Assembly: GCA_017438865.1 (NCBI GenBank)
Contig: JAFRUN010000058.1
Span: 12,833 to 76,832, forward strand
Direction: 5' to 3'
From: Clostridia bacterium
GTDB lineage: Bacteria > Bacillota > Clostridia > Christensenellales > CAG-138
Length of the DNA stretch: 64,000 bases
Below the pieces are notes generated by a model. That model searched no databases. It was not told where the DNA came from and saw nothing but the letters and a program-made list of their open reading frames with translations. Numbering within the stretch: the stretch's first letter is position 1; each line of letters begins with the position of its first letter. A program made the position numbers and the translations under genes. This document shows, one piece after another, positions 53,767-63,567 of this stretch.

Positions 53767-54765
53767 TTATTTATCCAGAACCTCCACCTGGATCGGCTTT
53801 GCGGCTTCTTCCATGGAAGCAAGTTCGTCCGGCGTGAGAACGACGTCGAGGCACTTCGCCGTGTCCGCGACGTTTTCGGGCTTGCGCATGCCGACGAGCA
53901 AGCTCATGTTCCCGTACTGCGCAAGCGCCCACGCCTCGAAAAGCTGCGAAAAGCTGCAGTTGTGCGCGGCGCGGATCGGTTCCCAAGCGTCGAACGCGCG
54001 GCGAAGTCCCGCCTTGACCTCCGGCTGCACCCACGGGATGCGGGAGCGGATGTCCGTTTTTACGAACGTGCGTTCCATGAACGCGGGCGAGGTCAGAAAG
54101 CCCTCTTCGAGCACGCCGTAGGTCTGAAACGTCGTGCCGTGCGGTTTGCACGCCTTGAAATACTCCCGCCCGTGGAACGGGCTCAGAATGCTGAAAAACT
54201 CCTGCACGAGATCGACGTGTCCGCCGACGCCCTGATATTCTTCGAGGTCCGCGGGTTGGCTGTTGCTTAGCCCGTACGCGCGGATCTTGCCCTGCTCCTT
54301 GAGCCGTTCGAGCGCTTCGACCGTGTCGGAAACCGGAAAGCTCCCGCACACATAATGCACGATCACGGAATCGAGATAATCCGTCTGCATGCGTTTGAGA
54401 GAATCTTCGACGTCGCGAACGATCGCGGTCGGACGCGTATCGTTGTTGACCGTGTAGCCGTCGCGCGAGTAGTGGAAGTTGCCGCCCTCGTTCCGCCAAT
54501 TCAAAGAGCACTTCGTCTGCAGGATGAAATCATGCCGGAGGCCTTTCAGCGCTTCGCCCAAAAGCCGCTCGCTCTCGCCCGTGCCGTAGACCGGCGCGGT
54601 ATCGATATAGTTGATGCCGAACTCCTTGCAGGCGGAAAGAAGATTCCTTGCTTCCGCTTCGGTTGAATCATGGTCCGACCACACGCTGCCGCCGCCGAGC
54701 CCCCATGTGCCGAGCGCGACGACGGAGACATCGATGTCCGACCGGCCGAGTTTTCTCGTCTTCAT
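53767..54765 (-). CDS. Aldo/keto reductase
   Basis: MKTRKLGRSDIDVSVVALGTWGLGG...INYIDTAPVYG (AKR N-terminal signature). The start is set at ATG 54765. Confidence 0.85.
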   Translation of the reverse strand: MKTRKLGRSDIDVSVVALGTWGLGGGSVWSDHDSTEAEARNLLSACKEFGINYIDTAPVYGTGESERLLGEALKGLRHDFILQTKCSLNWRNEGGNFHYSRDGYTVNNDTRPTAIVRDVEDSLKRMQTDYLDSVIVHYVCGSFPVSDTVEALERLKEQGKIRAYGLSNSQPADLEEYQGVGGHVDLVQEFFSILSPFHGREYFKACKPHGTTFQTYGVLEEGFLTSPAFMERTFVKTDIRSRIPWVQPEVKAGLRRAFDAWEPIRAAHNCSFSQLFEAWALAQYGNMSLLVGMRKPENVADTAKCLDVVLTPDELASMEEAAKPIQVEVLDK

Positions 54766-54781
54766 ATCGTGTTTCCTTTCG

Positions 54782-55594
54782 TTATATCTTCCAGATTGCG
54801 TCGATCGTATTCCGGTTCGGGATCTTCTCAAACCCCATCTTTTCATACAGGCGGATCGCGGGTTCGTTGTCGATATCCACCTGCAGCGTCATCTCCTTCG
54901 GATGGTTCATTTCAATGGCTTTCGCAAGAAGCTTCCGCCCGTACCCCTTTCTCCGCTGCGTTTCGTCCACATACAGATCGGAAATATTGTTGGTTTCATC
55001 GCAATGCGTTACGTCCAGATATCCGACGACGCGCCCGTCTTCGACGGCAAGAAACACACGAAACGTTTCCGGTCTGGAGGCAACCTCCTCCCCATCCAGA
55101 TACGCGTCCGAACCGGCGTCGTGCAGCGCGCAGTACTGCGCCAGATATCGCTCGCTCAAAAGTGCAACGCCGCTTGTGTCCGTCTCCGTCGGACGATGCG
55201 CAAGCCGCATGTCCATCTGTTCCGGATAAACCGTCGCGTCGGTTCTGAGAAGCGCGGCGTGTAAAAGCATTTCCTCCGGACGGAACGTGAACTCGACCTG
55301 CCCCGGAGAATATGCTTCCTTCAAATATGCGAGCATTTCATCTGCAGCAGACTCGGAATCGGTGATCCATTCGCTCAATTCAAGGATTCGTTCCTCAAAA
55401 TACTGTCGGAAGGCAAATAAACCGGTCGCCCTGTCGCCTTCGAACGCCGCAAAGCCGATGATTTGTTCATCCCGGTACAGCTTTTGTAAAATCCGGTGAT
55501 GCGCTTCCGGGTGCGCGTCCAAAAAAGCCCTCAGCGAAGCGAATGCTTCGCAAAGGGTTTTGAGTTCCTCCACGCTTTGTACGGTGCGGATCAT
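54782..55594 (-). CDS. GNAT-family N-acetyltransferase
   Basis: The C-terminal acetyl-CoA-binding block reads LYVDETQRRKGYGRKLLAKAIE...AIRLYEKMGF. Confidence 0.8.
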   Translation of the reverse strand: MIRTVQSVEELKTLCEAFASLRAFLDAHPEAHHRILQKLYRDEQIIGFAAFEGDRATGLFAFRQYFEERILELSEWITDSESAADEMLAYLKEAYSPGQVEFTFRPEEMLLHAALLRTDATVYPEQMDMRLAHRPTETDTSGVALLSERYLAQYCALHDAGSDAYLDGEEVASRPETFRVFLAVEDGRVVGYLDVTHCDETNNISDLYVDETQRRKGYGRKLLAKAIEMNHPKEMTLQVDIDNEPAIRLYEKMGFEKIPNRNTIDAIWKI

Positions 55595-55602
55595 GCTGTT
55601 TT

Positions 55603-56538
55603 TCAGTCGAGATTGAAGTCGTTGACGTCGTCGATGCTTTCGCCGCCGATGCCCGGACCGACGCGGCCGGCGATCAGGTAGCAGCGCTCAATCGGATCGT
55701 ACACGATGCGGTGCAGCAGGCGGAACTCCTCCACCTTGCCCGTGCTCGAAACGTGCGTGCGCGGACCGGTGCAGGGATGGACGATGTCGCCGATGCGCAC
55801 ATGGCTTTCATCGACGTACGAGATCGGCAGGTCGGACGCGATCGCGGTGCTGACCTTCAGCTCCAGCTCGTCGAGGTCCACGTTCGGCTCCTTCCCGTCG
55901 AACGCAAGCAGGAAGCCGTGCTTGATGTCGCGATGGCGCGCGCGCTTATAATCCTCTTCCGGCAGGAAGATCTCGCAGAGGTCCTCTGCGGTGTGCGCCA
56001 TGCGGCGGTAGACGATCGACCTCGCAACCTTGTCGTGCAGCTCGCTCGGAAGCGGTCCGAAGAGCGTGGGACGGGATACGATGATCTCGTCGCCGACGCC
56101 GATCATCAGATCCGCGTTGCGTTCGTTCATGAACGGATAGATCATGTCGAAATGCTCGACGACCACGCGCTTGCCGTTGTCGATCGCCTCGAGGATCGCC
56201 TTCGCAAGCACGCCCATCTGCGTGAACGCCGCTTCGAACCGGATATCGACGTGATAGGTATGCGCGGTGAAGAACCCGCCGCTGCACTGGTCGAGCAGCG
56301 GAAGCGGACGCATATTTACGCCGTTGTCGTCGTTGGTCAGCTCCAGCCCCGGGAACATACCCTTGATCAGCATGCTCTTGCCGGAACCCGCTTCGCCGAT
56401 GATGCCGATCAGCTTATCGAACGGAGACAGATAAAGCTGCGCGATCTGCATACCGAGATCGTAAATGCGATCGCGTCCTCTCGGCGCGAAAAAGACACTG
56501 TATGAATGGTTTTGCTGCATTCTTCCGGAATACGACAT
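55603..56538 (-). CDS. Uncharacterised P-loop NTPase
   Basis: Walker A GEAGSGKS and a plausible Walker B VVVEHFD. I recognise no other domain. Confidence 0.5.
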   Translation of the reverse strand: MSYSGRMQQNHSYSVFFAPRGRDRIYDLGMQIAQLYLSPFDKLIGIIGEAGSGKSMLIKGMFPGLELTNDDNGVNMRPLPLLDQCSGGFFTAHTYHVDIRFEAAFTQMGVLAKAILEAIDNGKRVVVEHFDMIYPFMNERNADLMIGVGDEIIVSRPTLFGPLPSELHDKVARSIVYRRMAHTAEDLCEIFLPEEDYKRARHRDIKHGFLLAFDGKEPNVDLDELELKVSTAIASDLPISYVDESHVRIGDIVHPCTGPRTHVSSTGKVEEFRLLHRIVYDPIERCYLIAGRVGPGIGGESIDDVNDFNLD

Positions 56539-56663
56539 AAACGTTCCTCCTGCTCATGATTGCGCACTTATTATAATACACCTTTTCGGTTTTCTCAACG
56601 GGGGAGAACATTATATTATTCGAAACCGCCCGGTTTTGCTTGCTTTTTCACGGCAAAACGCTA

Positions 56664-56692
56664 TTGAATGTTCGTTCGTTCGGCGTTATAAT
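56664..56692 (+). promoter_or_regulatory. Candidate promoter of the citE-citF-hydrolyase operon
   Basis: TTGAAT-17 nt-TATAAT. Confidence 0.45.
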
Positions 56693-56741
56693 AACAATAT
56701 CTGCGGAGGTTTTTCCGAAAGATCAATCACGGAGGGGAATT

Positions 56742-57623
56742 ATGCGAAGAAGCATGCTCTTTTTGCCGGGCAACACGCCGAACATGATCATCAACGGCGA
56801 CGCGCTCGGCGCGGACAGCATCATACTCGACCTCGAAGACGCCGTTTCGCCGGACGAAAAGGACGCGGCGCGGCTTCTCGTTCGCAGCGCGATCGAAGAG
56901 ATGGGATTTTCGGGCGTGGAGATCACCGTGCGCATCAACGCGATCGACACGGCGTACTGGAAGGACGATCTCGAGGCGATCGTGCCCTTGAAGCCCGATC
57001 TCATCATGCCGCCGAAGGCGTCGAGCGCCGAGGATATGCGAACGCTGGATGCATACATCGCAGCCGTCGAAGAAAAATCGGGCATTCCGGTCGGCACGGT
57101 CAAGCTGATTCCGCTGATCGAAACGGCTTTGGGCGTAGAGCGCGCGTTTGAGATCGCCTCCGCCTGTCCGCGAGTCACCGCGCTCTTTTTAGGCGGCGAG
57201 GACCTCACGGCGGACCTTCGCTGCAAGCGCACGAAAGCGGGCAACGAGATCGACTACGCCAGAAAACGCCTCGTCTGCGCGGCGCGTGCGGCAGGCATCG
57301 ACGTATACGACACGCCGTTTACCGACGTCAACGATGACGAAGGCATCGTCATCGACGCGGAATACGCAAAGTCCCTCGGCTTCACCGGAAAATCCGCGAT
57401 CGCGCCGCGGCATGTGCGCGTGATCAACGAGGTGTTCAGCCCCTCGCTTGCGGACATCGAGTATGCAAAGCTCGTGTTTGAAGCGATCCGCATCGGAAAG
57501 CTGCAGGGCAAGGGTGCGGTATCTCTGCGCGGAAAGATGATCGACAAGCCGATCGTCGAACGCGCGCGGCAGACGCTGGAAGCCGCAAAACAGCTCGGGA
57601 TCGGAGGACTTACCGATGAATAA
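56742..57623 (+). CDS. citE: CitE-like (HpcH/HpaI aldolase / citryl-, citramalyl- or malyl-CoA lyase beta subunit)
   Basis: RRSMLFLPGN...DSIILDLEDAV...LIPLIETA...LGGEDLTADL. The start is at ATG 56742 after GGAGGGG. Confidence 0.8.
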   Translation: MRRSMLFLPGNTPNMIINGDALGADSIILDLEDAVSPDEKDAARLLVRSAIEEMGFSGVEITVRINAIDTAYWKDDLEAIVPLKPDLIMPPKASSAEDMRTLDAYIAAVEEKSGIPVGTVKLIPLIETALGVERAFEIASACPRVTALFLGGEDLTADLRCKRTKAGNEIDYARKRLVCAARAAGIDVYDTPFTDVNDDEGIVIDAEYAKSLGFTGKSAIAPRHVRVINEVFSPSLADIEYAKLVFEAIRIGKLQGKGAVSLRGKMIDKPIVERARQTLEAAKQLGIGGLTDE

Positions 57624-59022
57624 GATCAGAAATTCCATTCGCGAAGCGATCGTCGACAGCGGTCTTAAAAGCGGCATGACCGTTTCGTTCCACCACCACC
57701 TCAGAAACGGCGACTACGTTCTGAACATGGTGATGGACGAGATCGCGCGCTTAGGCATCCGCGATCTCACCGTCAACGCAAGCTCGCTGTTCGACGCGCA
57801 TGCGCCTTTGAAAGAGCACATCCGAAACGGCGTCGTCACGAAACTCCTGACGGACTATATGTCCGCGGGGCTCGGCAGCTTTATCTCCGCGGGCGGCATG
57901 GAAACGCCCGTGCAGTTCCGTACACACGGCGGTCGTCCCGCCGCCATTGAAAACGGCACGACGCCGATCGACGTGGCGTTCATCGCCGCACCCGCCTGCG
58001 ATCCGATGGGCAACTGCACCGGAAAGATCGGAAAATCCGCCTGCGGTTCTCTCGGCTATGCGATCCCCGACGCAAAGAACGCAAAGTTCGTCGTGGCGAT
58101 CACCGACGAGCTGCACCCCTATCCGCTGACCGAGCGGTCGATCCCCGAAACCGATGTGGACGCCGTGGTCGTCGTCGATTCGATCGGCGATCCGAAAGGT
58201 ATCGTGTCCGGCACGACGAAGATCACCCGCGATCCCGTGGGGCTTCTGATGGCGCAGACCGCGGTCGACGTCATCAAAGCGTCCGGTCTTTTGAAAGAGG
58301 GCTTCAGCTTCCAGACCGGCGCGGGCGGCGCGTCGCTCGCCGCGGCGAAATATCTGAAGGACGTCATGCTGAAAGAAAAGATCCGCGGCAGCTTCGGTCT
58401 CGGCGGCATCACCGGGTATCTCGTCGATATGCTGAACGAGGGCTGCTTCGACGCGCTGATGGACGTGCAGTGCTTTGATCTCAAAGCGGTCGAATCCATC
58501 CGCAGCAATCCGAAGCATTGCGAGATCTCGGCAATGCAGTACGCCTCGCCGTTTGCGAAGAGCGCGGTCGTCGATTCGCTCGACGTCGTCATTCTGGGCG
58601 CGACGCAGATCGACACCGATTTCAACATCAATGTGCACACCGACTCGAACGGCAGCATCATGGGCGGTTCCGGCGGGCACAGCGACACTGCGGCGGGCGC
58701 AAAGCTCTCCATGATCATTGCGCCGCTGTCGCGCGCGCGGCTGCCGATCGTCACCGATCGCGTGACCTGCATCAGTACCCCCGGCAGCACGATCGACGTG
58801 CTGGTGACGCAGAAGGGCGTCGCGGTCAATCCGAAAGACCGGGAGCTGGCGCAGCGGCTGAAGGACGCGGGGATCCGCGTGGTCGACATTCACGCGCTCA
58901 AAGAGATCGCGGAGCGCACGAGCGGCGTGCCCGAAAAGCCGCGGCTCGGCGAGAAGATCGTCGCCGACGTCATCTATCGCGACGGCACGGTGATCGACCG
59001 CATCCGTGCGGTTCGGAAGTGA
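57616..59022 (+). CDS. citF: CitF-like citrate-lyase alpha subunit / CoA-transferase (short N-terminus)
   Basis: SGLKSGMTVSFHHHLRNGD...; 468 aa. It overlaps citE by 8 nt. Confidence 0.8.
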   Translation: MNKIRNSIREAIVDSGLKSGMTVSFHHHLRNGDYVLNMVMDEIARLGIRDLTVNASSLFDAHAPLKEHIRNGVVTKLLTDYMSAGLGSFISAGGMETPVQFRTHGGRPAAIENGTTPIDVAFIAAPACDPMGNCTGKIGKSACGSLGYAIPDAKNAKFVVAITDELHPYPLTERSIPETDVDAVVVVDSIGDPKGIVSGTTKITRDPVGLLMAQTAVDVIKASGLLKEGFSFQTGAGGASLAAAKYLKDVMLKEKIRGSFGLGGITGYLVDMLNEGCFDALMDVQCFDLKAVESIRSNPKHCEISAMQYASPFAKSAVVDSLDVVILGATQIDTDFNINVHTDSNGSIMGGSGGHSDTAAGAKLSMIIAPLSRARLPIVTDRVTCISTPGSTIDVLVTQKGVAVNPKDRELAQRLKDAGIRVVDIHALKEIAERTSGVPEKPRLGEKIVADVIYRDGTVIDRIRAVRK

Positions 59023-59032
59023 GGAACAATCC

Positions 59033-59872
59033 ATGAGAGAGATTCAGGCAAGCGTTTTGACCGACGCCGTTGCAAAGCTCTGTATCGAAGCGAACTGCGT
59101 CCTTCCCTGCGACGTGAAGCGCCGCATCGAGGATGCGCGCAAAAACGAACCGTGGGAGACCGCGCAGGGCATTTTGGACAAGATCATCGAGAACTACGGC
59201 ATTGCGGAAGCGAACACCGTTCCGATCTGCCAGGACACCGGCGTGTGCTGCGTGTTCCTGAAGATCGGGCAGGACGTGCATCTCTGCGGCGATCTGCGTT
59301 CCGCGGTCGACGAGGGCGTGCGCAGGGGCTACGCCGAAGGGTATCTGCGCAAGTCCGTGGTAAAGGATCCGCTGCGCCGGCAAAACACCGGCGACAACAC
59401 GCCCGCCATGCTCTATACCGAGATCGTGCCGGGCGACGCGCTGACCGTGACCGTCGCGCCCAAGGGCTTCGGCAGCGAAAATATGAGCCGCCTCGCGATG
59501 CTGAAACCGTCCGACGGCGTGGAAGGCGTGAAGGCGTTTATCCTGAAAACCGTTGAGGAAGCGGGACCGAACCCCTGCCCGCCGGTCATCGTCGGCGTCG
59601 GCATCGGCGGCACGTTCGACAAGGCGGCGTATCTTGCGAAGAAGGCGCTGATGCGCAGCACGGACGAGCGCAATGCCGATCCGTACTATGCAGGGCTCGA
59701 AGCGGAACTGCTCGAAAAAATCAACGCGCTCGGCGTCGGACCGCAGGGATTCGGCGGACGCACCACCGCGCTTGCAGTCAATATCGAATGGATGCCCACG
59801 CATATCGCGGGGCTGCCGGTGGCGGTCAATATCAACTGCCATGTGACGCGTCACAAGACGGTCGAGCTGTGA
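59033..59872 (+). CDS. Class-I Fe-S hydro-lyase, alpha subunit (fumarate/tartrate/mesaconate hydratase type)
   Basis: VPICQDTGVCCVFLKIG and PPVIVGVGIGGT. Confidence 0.85.
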   Translation: MREIQASVLTDAVAKLCIEANCVLPCDVKRRIEDARKNEPWETAQGILDKIIENYGIAEANTVPICQDTGVCCVFLKIGQDVHLCGDLRSAVDEGVRRGYAEGYLRKSVVKDPLRRQNTGDNTPAMLYTEIVPGDALTVTVAPKGFGSENMSRLAMLKPSDGVEGVKAFILKTVEEAGPNPCPPVIVGVGIGGTFDKAAYLAKKALMRSTDERNADPYYAGLEAELLEKINALGVGPQGFGGRTTALAVNIEWMPTHIAGLPVAVNINCHVTRHKTVEL

Positions 59873-59882
59873 GGTGAACGGT

Positions 59883-60437
59883 ATGGAAAGACAGATTCAG
59901 CTTCCCATCACCCGGGAAACGGCAAGAACGATTAAAAGCGGCGAAAGCTGTCTTTTGTCCGGCGTGATCTACACCGCGCGCGACGCGGCGCACAAGCGGC
60001 TCTGCGAGCTTCTGGAAGCGGGCAAACCTCTGCCCTTCGACGTGAAGGACGCAACGATCTATTATGTGGGACCGACGCCCGCAAAACCCGGTCAGGTGAT
60101 CGGCTCGGCGGGTCCGACGACCAGCTACCGCATGGACGCGTACTCGCCTATGATGATCGCCGCCGGCGAAACCGGCATGATCGGCAAGGGCAAGCGCAGC
60201 GCGGAGGTCGTCGCCGCGATGAAGGAGCACGGCGCGGTATATTTCGCCGCGATCGGCGGCGCGGGCGCGCTTCTTTCCAGCTGCATCAAAAAAGCCGAGA
60301 TCGTCTGCTACGAAGATCTCGGCGCGGAAGCGGTGCGGCGTCTTACGGTCGAAAACCTCCCCGTCGTCTGCGTCATCGACAGCGAAGGCAACAACCTCTA
60401 CGAGACGGGACGAAGCGCGTACCTCGCAACCCTGTAA
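59883..60437 (+). CDS. Class-I Fe-S hydro-lyase, beta subunit
   Basis: GVIYTARDAAHKRL and YYVGPTPAKPG...GPTTSYRMD...IGKG. Confidence 0.85.
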   Translation: MERQIQLPITRETARTIKSGESCLLSGVIYTARDAAHKRLCELLEAGKPLPFDVKDATIYYVGPTPAKPGQVIGSAGPTTSYRMDAYSPMMIAAGETGMIGKGKRSAEVVAAMKEHGAVYFAAIGGAGALLSSCIKKAEIVCYEDLGAEAVRRLTVENLPVVCVIDSEGNNLYETGRSAYLATL

Positions 60438-60449
60438 ACGGTATTTGCT

Positions 60450-60477
60450 GCGCCGGCGGATCTGCCGGCGCTTTTTT
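60450..60477. terminator. Rho-independent terminator
   Basis: GCGCCGGC-GGATCT-GCCGGCGC followed by TTTTTT. Confidence 0.85.
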
Positions 60478-60478
60478 A

Positions 60479-61618
60479 TTATCCGATCGAATGCAGCGTA
60501 AGCTCGTGATAGTCCGATTCGGAAAGATCACAGTGATAAAACAGCTTGAAGTATTCCGCAACCTCGGTATAGAGTTCATAGTCCGCGGCTTCGGGATACA
60601 GCAGCTTTGCCATCCACAGCATGCCGAGCAAGCGCTGCACGGACGGCGGGAAGCCCATCCAGTTGTACGGACCGAACGGCACTTCATAATATGCGCCGGT
60701 CTTGATCGCCGCGATCTCGCTCCACATGGGATCGCTGCCGACGGCTGCATAGACGCTGCCCGGCGCGAACAGGATCACGTCCGGATTCCAGAGCATGATC
60801 TGCTCCATATCGACCTCGTTGCCCGTGCCCTTGCTCGACGGATTGTCCACGACCGCAAGATTGTTGGAAAGGAGATCGATGATCTCCGCATGATAGCTGC
60901 CCCGCGCGATCACGTTCAGTCCCTTGTCGCCCGTGATATAGAGCAGATCGACCTTTTCGACGCGCTCCGCGAGCTTCGCGATCTTCGCATAGGTCCCGTC
61001 GCAGTACGCCGCAAGCGCCTCTGCTTCATCCGGCATATGCAGGAGCTCGCCGAGCTTACGGTACGCGTCGCCCATTATGCCGATCGTCGCGGTGATGTGC
61101 ACGAACGGAATGCCCGTCTGCTCGGAAAGCGCATCGAGGTCCTCCGCGATCGAGCCCTTCGGCTCGCCGACGTCGATCACGACCTGCGCGCCGCTTGCCA
61201 GCAGCGTTTCCAGATTCAGCTCACCCTTGCCGCCATAGAGCTGTCCGAGCGCGGGCAGGTGATAGTATTCGGTCGCAAGGTATTTCTCCGCGGTCTTGTC
61301 CCATTTCTGCGCGATCCCGACCAGCTTGTCCGGACAGAGCGCAAACACGACGATCTGCGCCAGCGGTCCGGAGACTGCAACGCGTTCGATATCGGTCGGC
61401 AGCTCAACCGTGCGTCCGACGGAATCGGTGAACGTGAACGTCTCGGGCAAAGCGGGTTCGGGTTCCGGTTCCGGCTCGGGATCCGGTTCCGCAGGCGCCT
61501 CGGTCGGCGTTTCGGCGACGGGCGCCGGCTCTTCGGCGAGCTTCGGCGTGTTTGCCGCGCAGCCGATCAGCGCGAACAGCATGCATGCCGTTAAAAAAAG
61601 TGCGGTCAATCGTTTCAT
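60479..61618 (-). CDS. ABC transporter substrate-binding lipoprotein (class III; FecB/BtuF iron-siderophore or cobalamin type)
   Basis: Lipobox LFALIGC, a Pro/Glu-rich linker, then a periplasmic-binding-protein type-2 fold (RVAVSGPLAQIVVFALCPDKLVG...). Confidence 0.8.
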   Translation of the reverse strand: MKRLTALFLTACMLFALIGCAANTPKLAEEPAPVAETPTEAPAEPDPEPEPEPEPALPETFTFTDSVGRTVELPTDIERVAVSGPLAQIVVFALCPDKLVGIAQKWDKTAEKYLATEYYHLPALGQLYGGKGELNLETLLASGAQVVIDVGEPKGSIAEDLDALSEQTGIPFVHITATIGIMGDAYRKLGELLHMPDEAEALAAYCDGTYAKIAKLAERVEKVDLLYITGDKGLNVIARGSYHAEIIDLLSNNLAVVDNPSSKGTGNEVDMEQIMLWNPDVILFAPGSVYAAVGSDPMWSEIAAIKTGAYYEVPFGPYNWMGFPPSVQRLLGMLWMAKLLYPEAADYELYTEVAEYFKLFYHCDLSESDYHELTLHSIG

Positions 61619-62409
61619 GGTTGTTTTGCTCTTTCTTTCGTTTGATCTGCAGCGGGCAGGATCACCGGTCCGCCCGGCGTGTCGTACAATTCCGCGCGCG
61701 TACCGTACAGCGACTCCAAAAGCGCGGGTGTCAGAACCTCCTTTGCCGGTCCGAACGCCGAAACGCGTCCGTCCAGGAGCGCAAGCACGCGGTCGGCATA
61801 TCGGAGCGCATGCTGCGGGTTGTGCGTGGACAACAGCACCGTGTACCCCTCGGCGGCAAGCCCCTTCACAACCGACAGCACCTTCAGTTGATTCCCATAA
61901 TCCAGCGAGGACGTCGGCTCGTCCATCAGAAGGATCTTCGCCTGCTGCGCGAGCGCGCGTGCGACGTAGGTAAGCTGCTGTTCGCCGCCGGAGAGCGTGT
62001 CAAAGCTGCGATCTTTAAGATGCAGGATCCCGAGTTTTTCCAGCGCTTCTTCGGCGATACGCTCCTGCGTCCGCCCCGGCGAAGCCGTCGTCGACAGCAT
62101 ATGCGTTGTGCCCATCAGCACCGTATCGCGCACCGAAAAGCGGAACGTCATCGCATGCGTCTGCGGGATATAGGCGATGCGGTGCGCCGTCTCCCGTGCG
62201 GAAAAACCGCGCATGTTTTCGCCGTCGACGGCGATCGTGCCCAGGTATCGCTTCTGTTCGCCGAGAATACAGCGGAACAGCGTGGTCTTGCCGACGCCGT
62301 TCGGTCCGAGGATCGCCAACAGCTCGCCCGGCGCGGCGTTAAAGGAAACATCCGTCAGTACCGGTGTTTTCCGGTATGCAAAGGTCAGATTGCGAACGGA
62401 AAGCGTCAT
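61615..62409 (-). CDS. ABC transporter ATP-binding protein (FecE/BtuD type)
   Basis: GPNGVGKTT (Walker A), LSGGEQQ (signature) and ILLMDEPTSSLD (Walker B). The start is at ATG 62409, in an ATGA overlap with the permease stop. Confidence 0.9.
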   Translation of the reverse strand: MTLSVRNLTFAYRKTPVLTDVSFNAAPGELLAILGPNGVGKTTLFRCILGEQKRYLGTIAVDGENMRGFSARETAHRIAYIPQTHAMTFRFSVRDTVLMGTTHMLSTTASPGRTQERIAEEALEKLGILHLKDRSFDTLSGGEQQLTYVARALAQQAKILLMDEPTSSLDYGNQLKVLSVVKGLAAEGYTVLLSTHNPQHALRYADRVLALLDGRVSAFGPAKEVLTPALLESLYGTRAELYDTPGGPVILPAADQTKERAKQP

Positions 62410-63455
62410 AGCGTCTTCTCCTTTCGCAGTAAAAGCCAGATAAAGAACGGCGCGCCGATCACGGCGGTCAGAATGCCGATCGGGATCTCGGTCGCGAGAA
62501 GATTTCGGGAAACGTCGTCGACAAGAAGCAAAAACGACGCGCCGACGAGCATCGAGCACGGCAGAAGCCCGCGGTTGTCGCTGCCGATCAGCTTGCGGCA
62601 GAGATGCGGGATCACCAGCCCCACCCAGCCGATCACGCCCGAAACGGAGATCGACGCCGCGGTGATCAGCGTGGCGCACAGGATCAGCACCGCGCGCAGA
62701 AGGTCGGTGTTGACGCCGAGCGCGCGCGCTTCGCTCTCCCCGAGCGACAGCAGGTTCAGCCGCCAGCGAAGAAGCAGCAGCGGCACAATCCCCGCCGCCA
62801 TCGGGATCGCGACAGGCAGAATCGATGAAAGCCGCACACCGGACAGCGAGCCCATCAGCCAGTATGTGATCGCGGGAAGCTGATTGCCCGGATCTGCGAC
62901 GAGCTTCAGATAGGACGTGCCCGCGGAAAACAGCGAGCCAACCATGATGCCCGCAAGGATCAGATTGACCGTTCTTTGTCCCGGTGCGCGCTGCGCGATC
63001 AGAAACACAAGCGCAACCGTGAGGATCGAGCTGATAAAAGCAAAGATCGTGATGAATTGCGTCGAAACGCCCAGAAGGATCGCAAGCGCCGCGCCGAACG
63101 CCGCGCCGCTCGACGCGCCGAGAATGTCCGGCGACGCCATGGGATTACGGAACACGCCCTGAAACACCGCGCCCGCCGCGGAAAGCGAACAGCCGACCAG
63201 ACACGCCGTCAGAATGCGCGGCAGCCGGATGGAGATCACCGTTTTTTCCATCGCCTCCGTCCATGAAACGGTCATCGGCAAGACACGGTCCAATCCGGTC
63301 AGCGTCCAGAGCCGGTGCCAAAGGATCTTTGCGACGCCGGAGAGCGGCACGGAATACCGCCCGAACGTCAGCGAGACAAAAAACAGCACGAAAAGCAGGG
63401 CCGCGCTCAAAAGCAGCACCGACGTCCGTCTTTTTCGTCCGCCGACCGTGTTCAT
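62406..63455 (-). CDS. FecCD-family ABC permease
   Basis: About 10 TM segments, and ...GVIGWVGLVIPHLCRKLIGSDNR... is the FecCD signature. The start is at ATG 63455 after GGAAGGAGAG. Confidence 0.85.
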   Translation of the reverse strand: MNTVGGRKRRTSVLLLSAALLFVLFFVSLTFGRYSVPLSGVAKILWHRLWTLTGLDRVLPMTVSWTEAMEKTVISIRLPRILTACLVGCSLSAAGAVFQGVFRNPMASPDILGASSGAAFGAALAILLGVSTQFITIFAFISSILTVALVFLIAQRAPGQRTVNLILAGIMVGSLFSAGTSYLKLVADPGNQLPAITYWLMGSLSGVRLSSILPVAIPMAAGIVPLLLLRWRLNLLSLGESEARALGVNTDLLRAVLILCATLITAASISVSGVIGWVGLVIPHLCRKLIGSDNRGLLPCSMLVGASFLLLVDDVSRNLLATEIPIGILTAVIGAPFFIWLLLRKEKTL

Positions 63456-63567
63456 GCCGTCTCTCCTTCCCATCGTTATTCTTTGAAAAGTATAACACGC
63501 GGTCGGCTTTACGGCAAGCAAAATGCATATTATCCGGCAATGCCGGATGATGTTTCGTATTTGCGCA

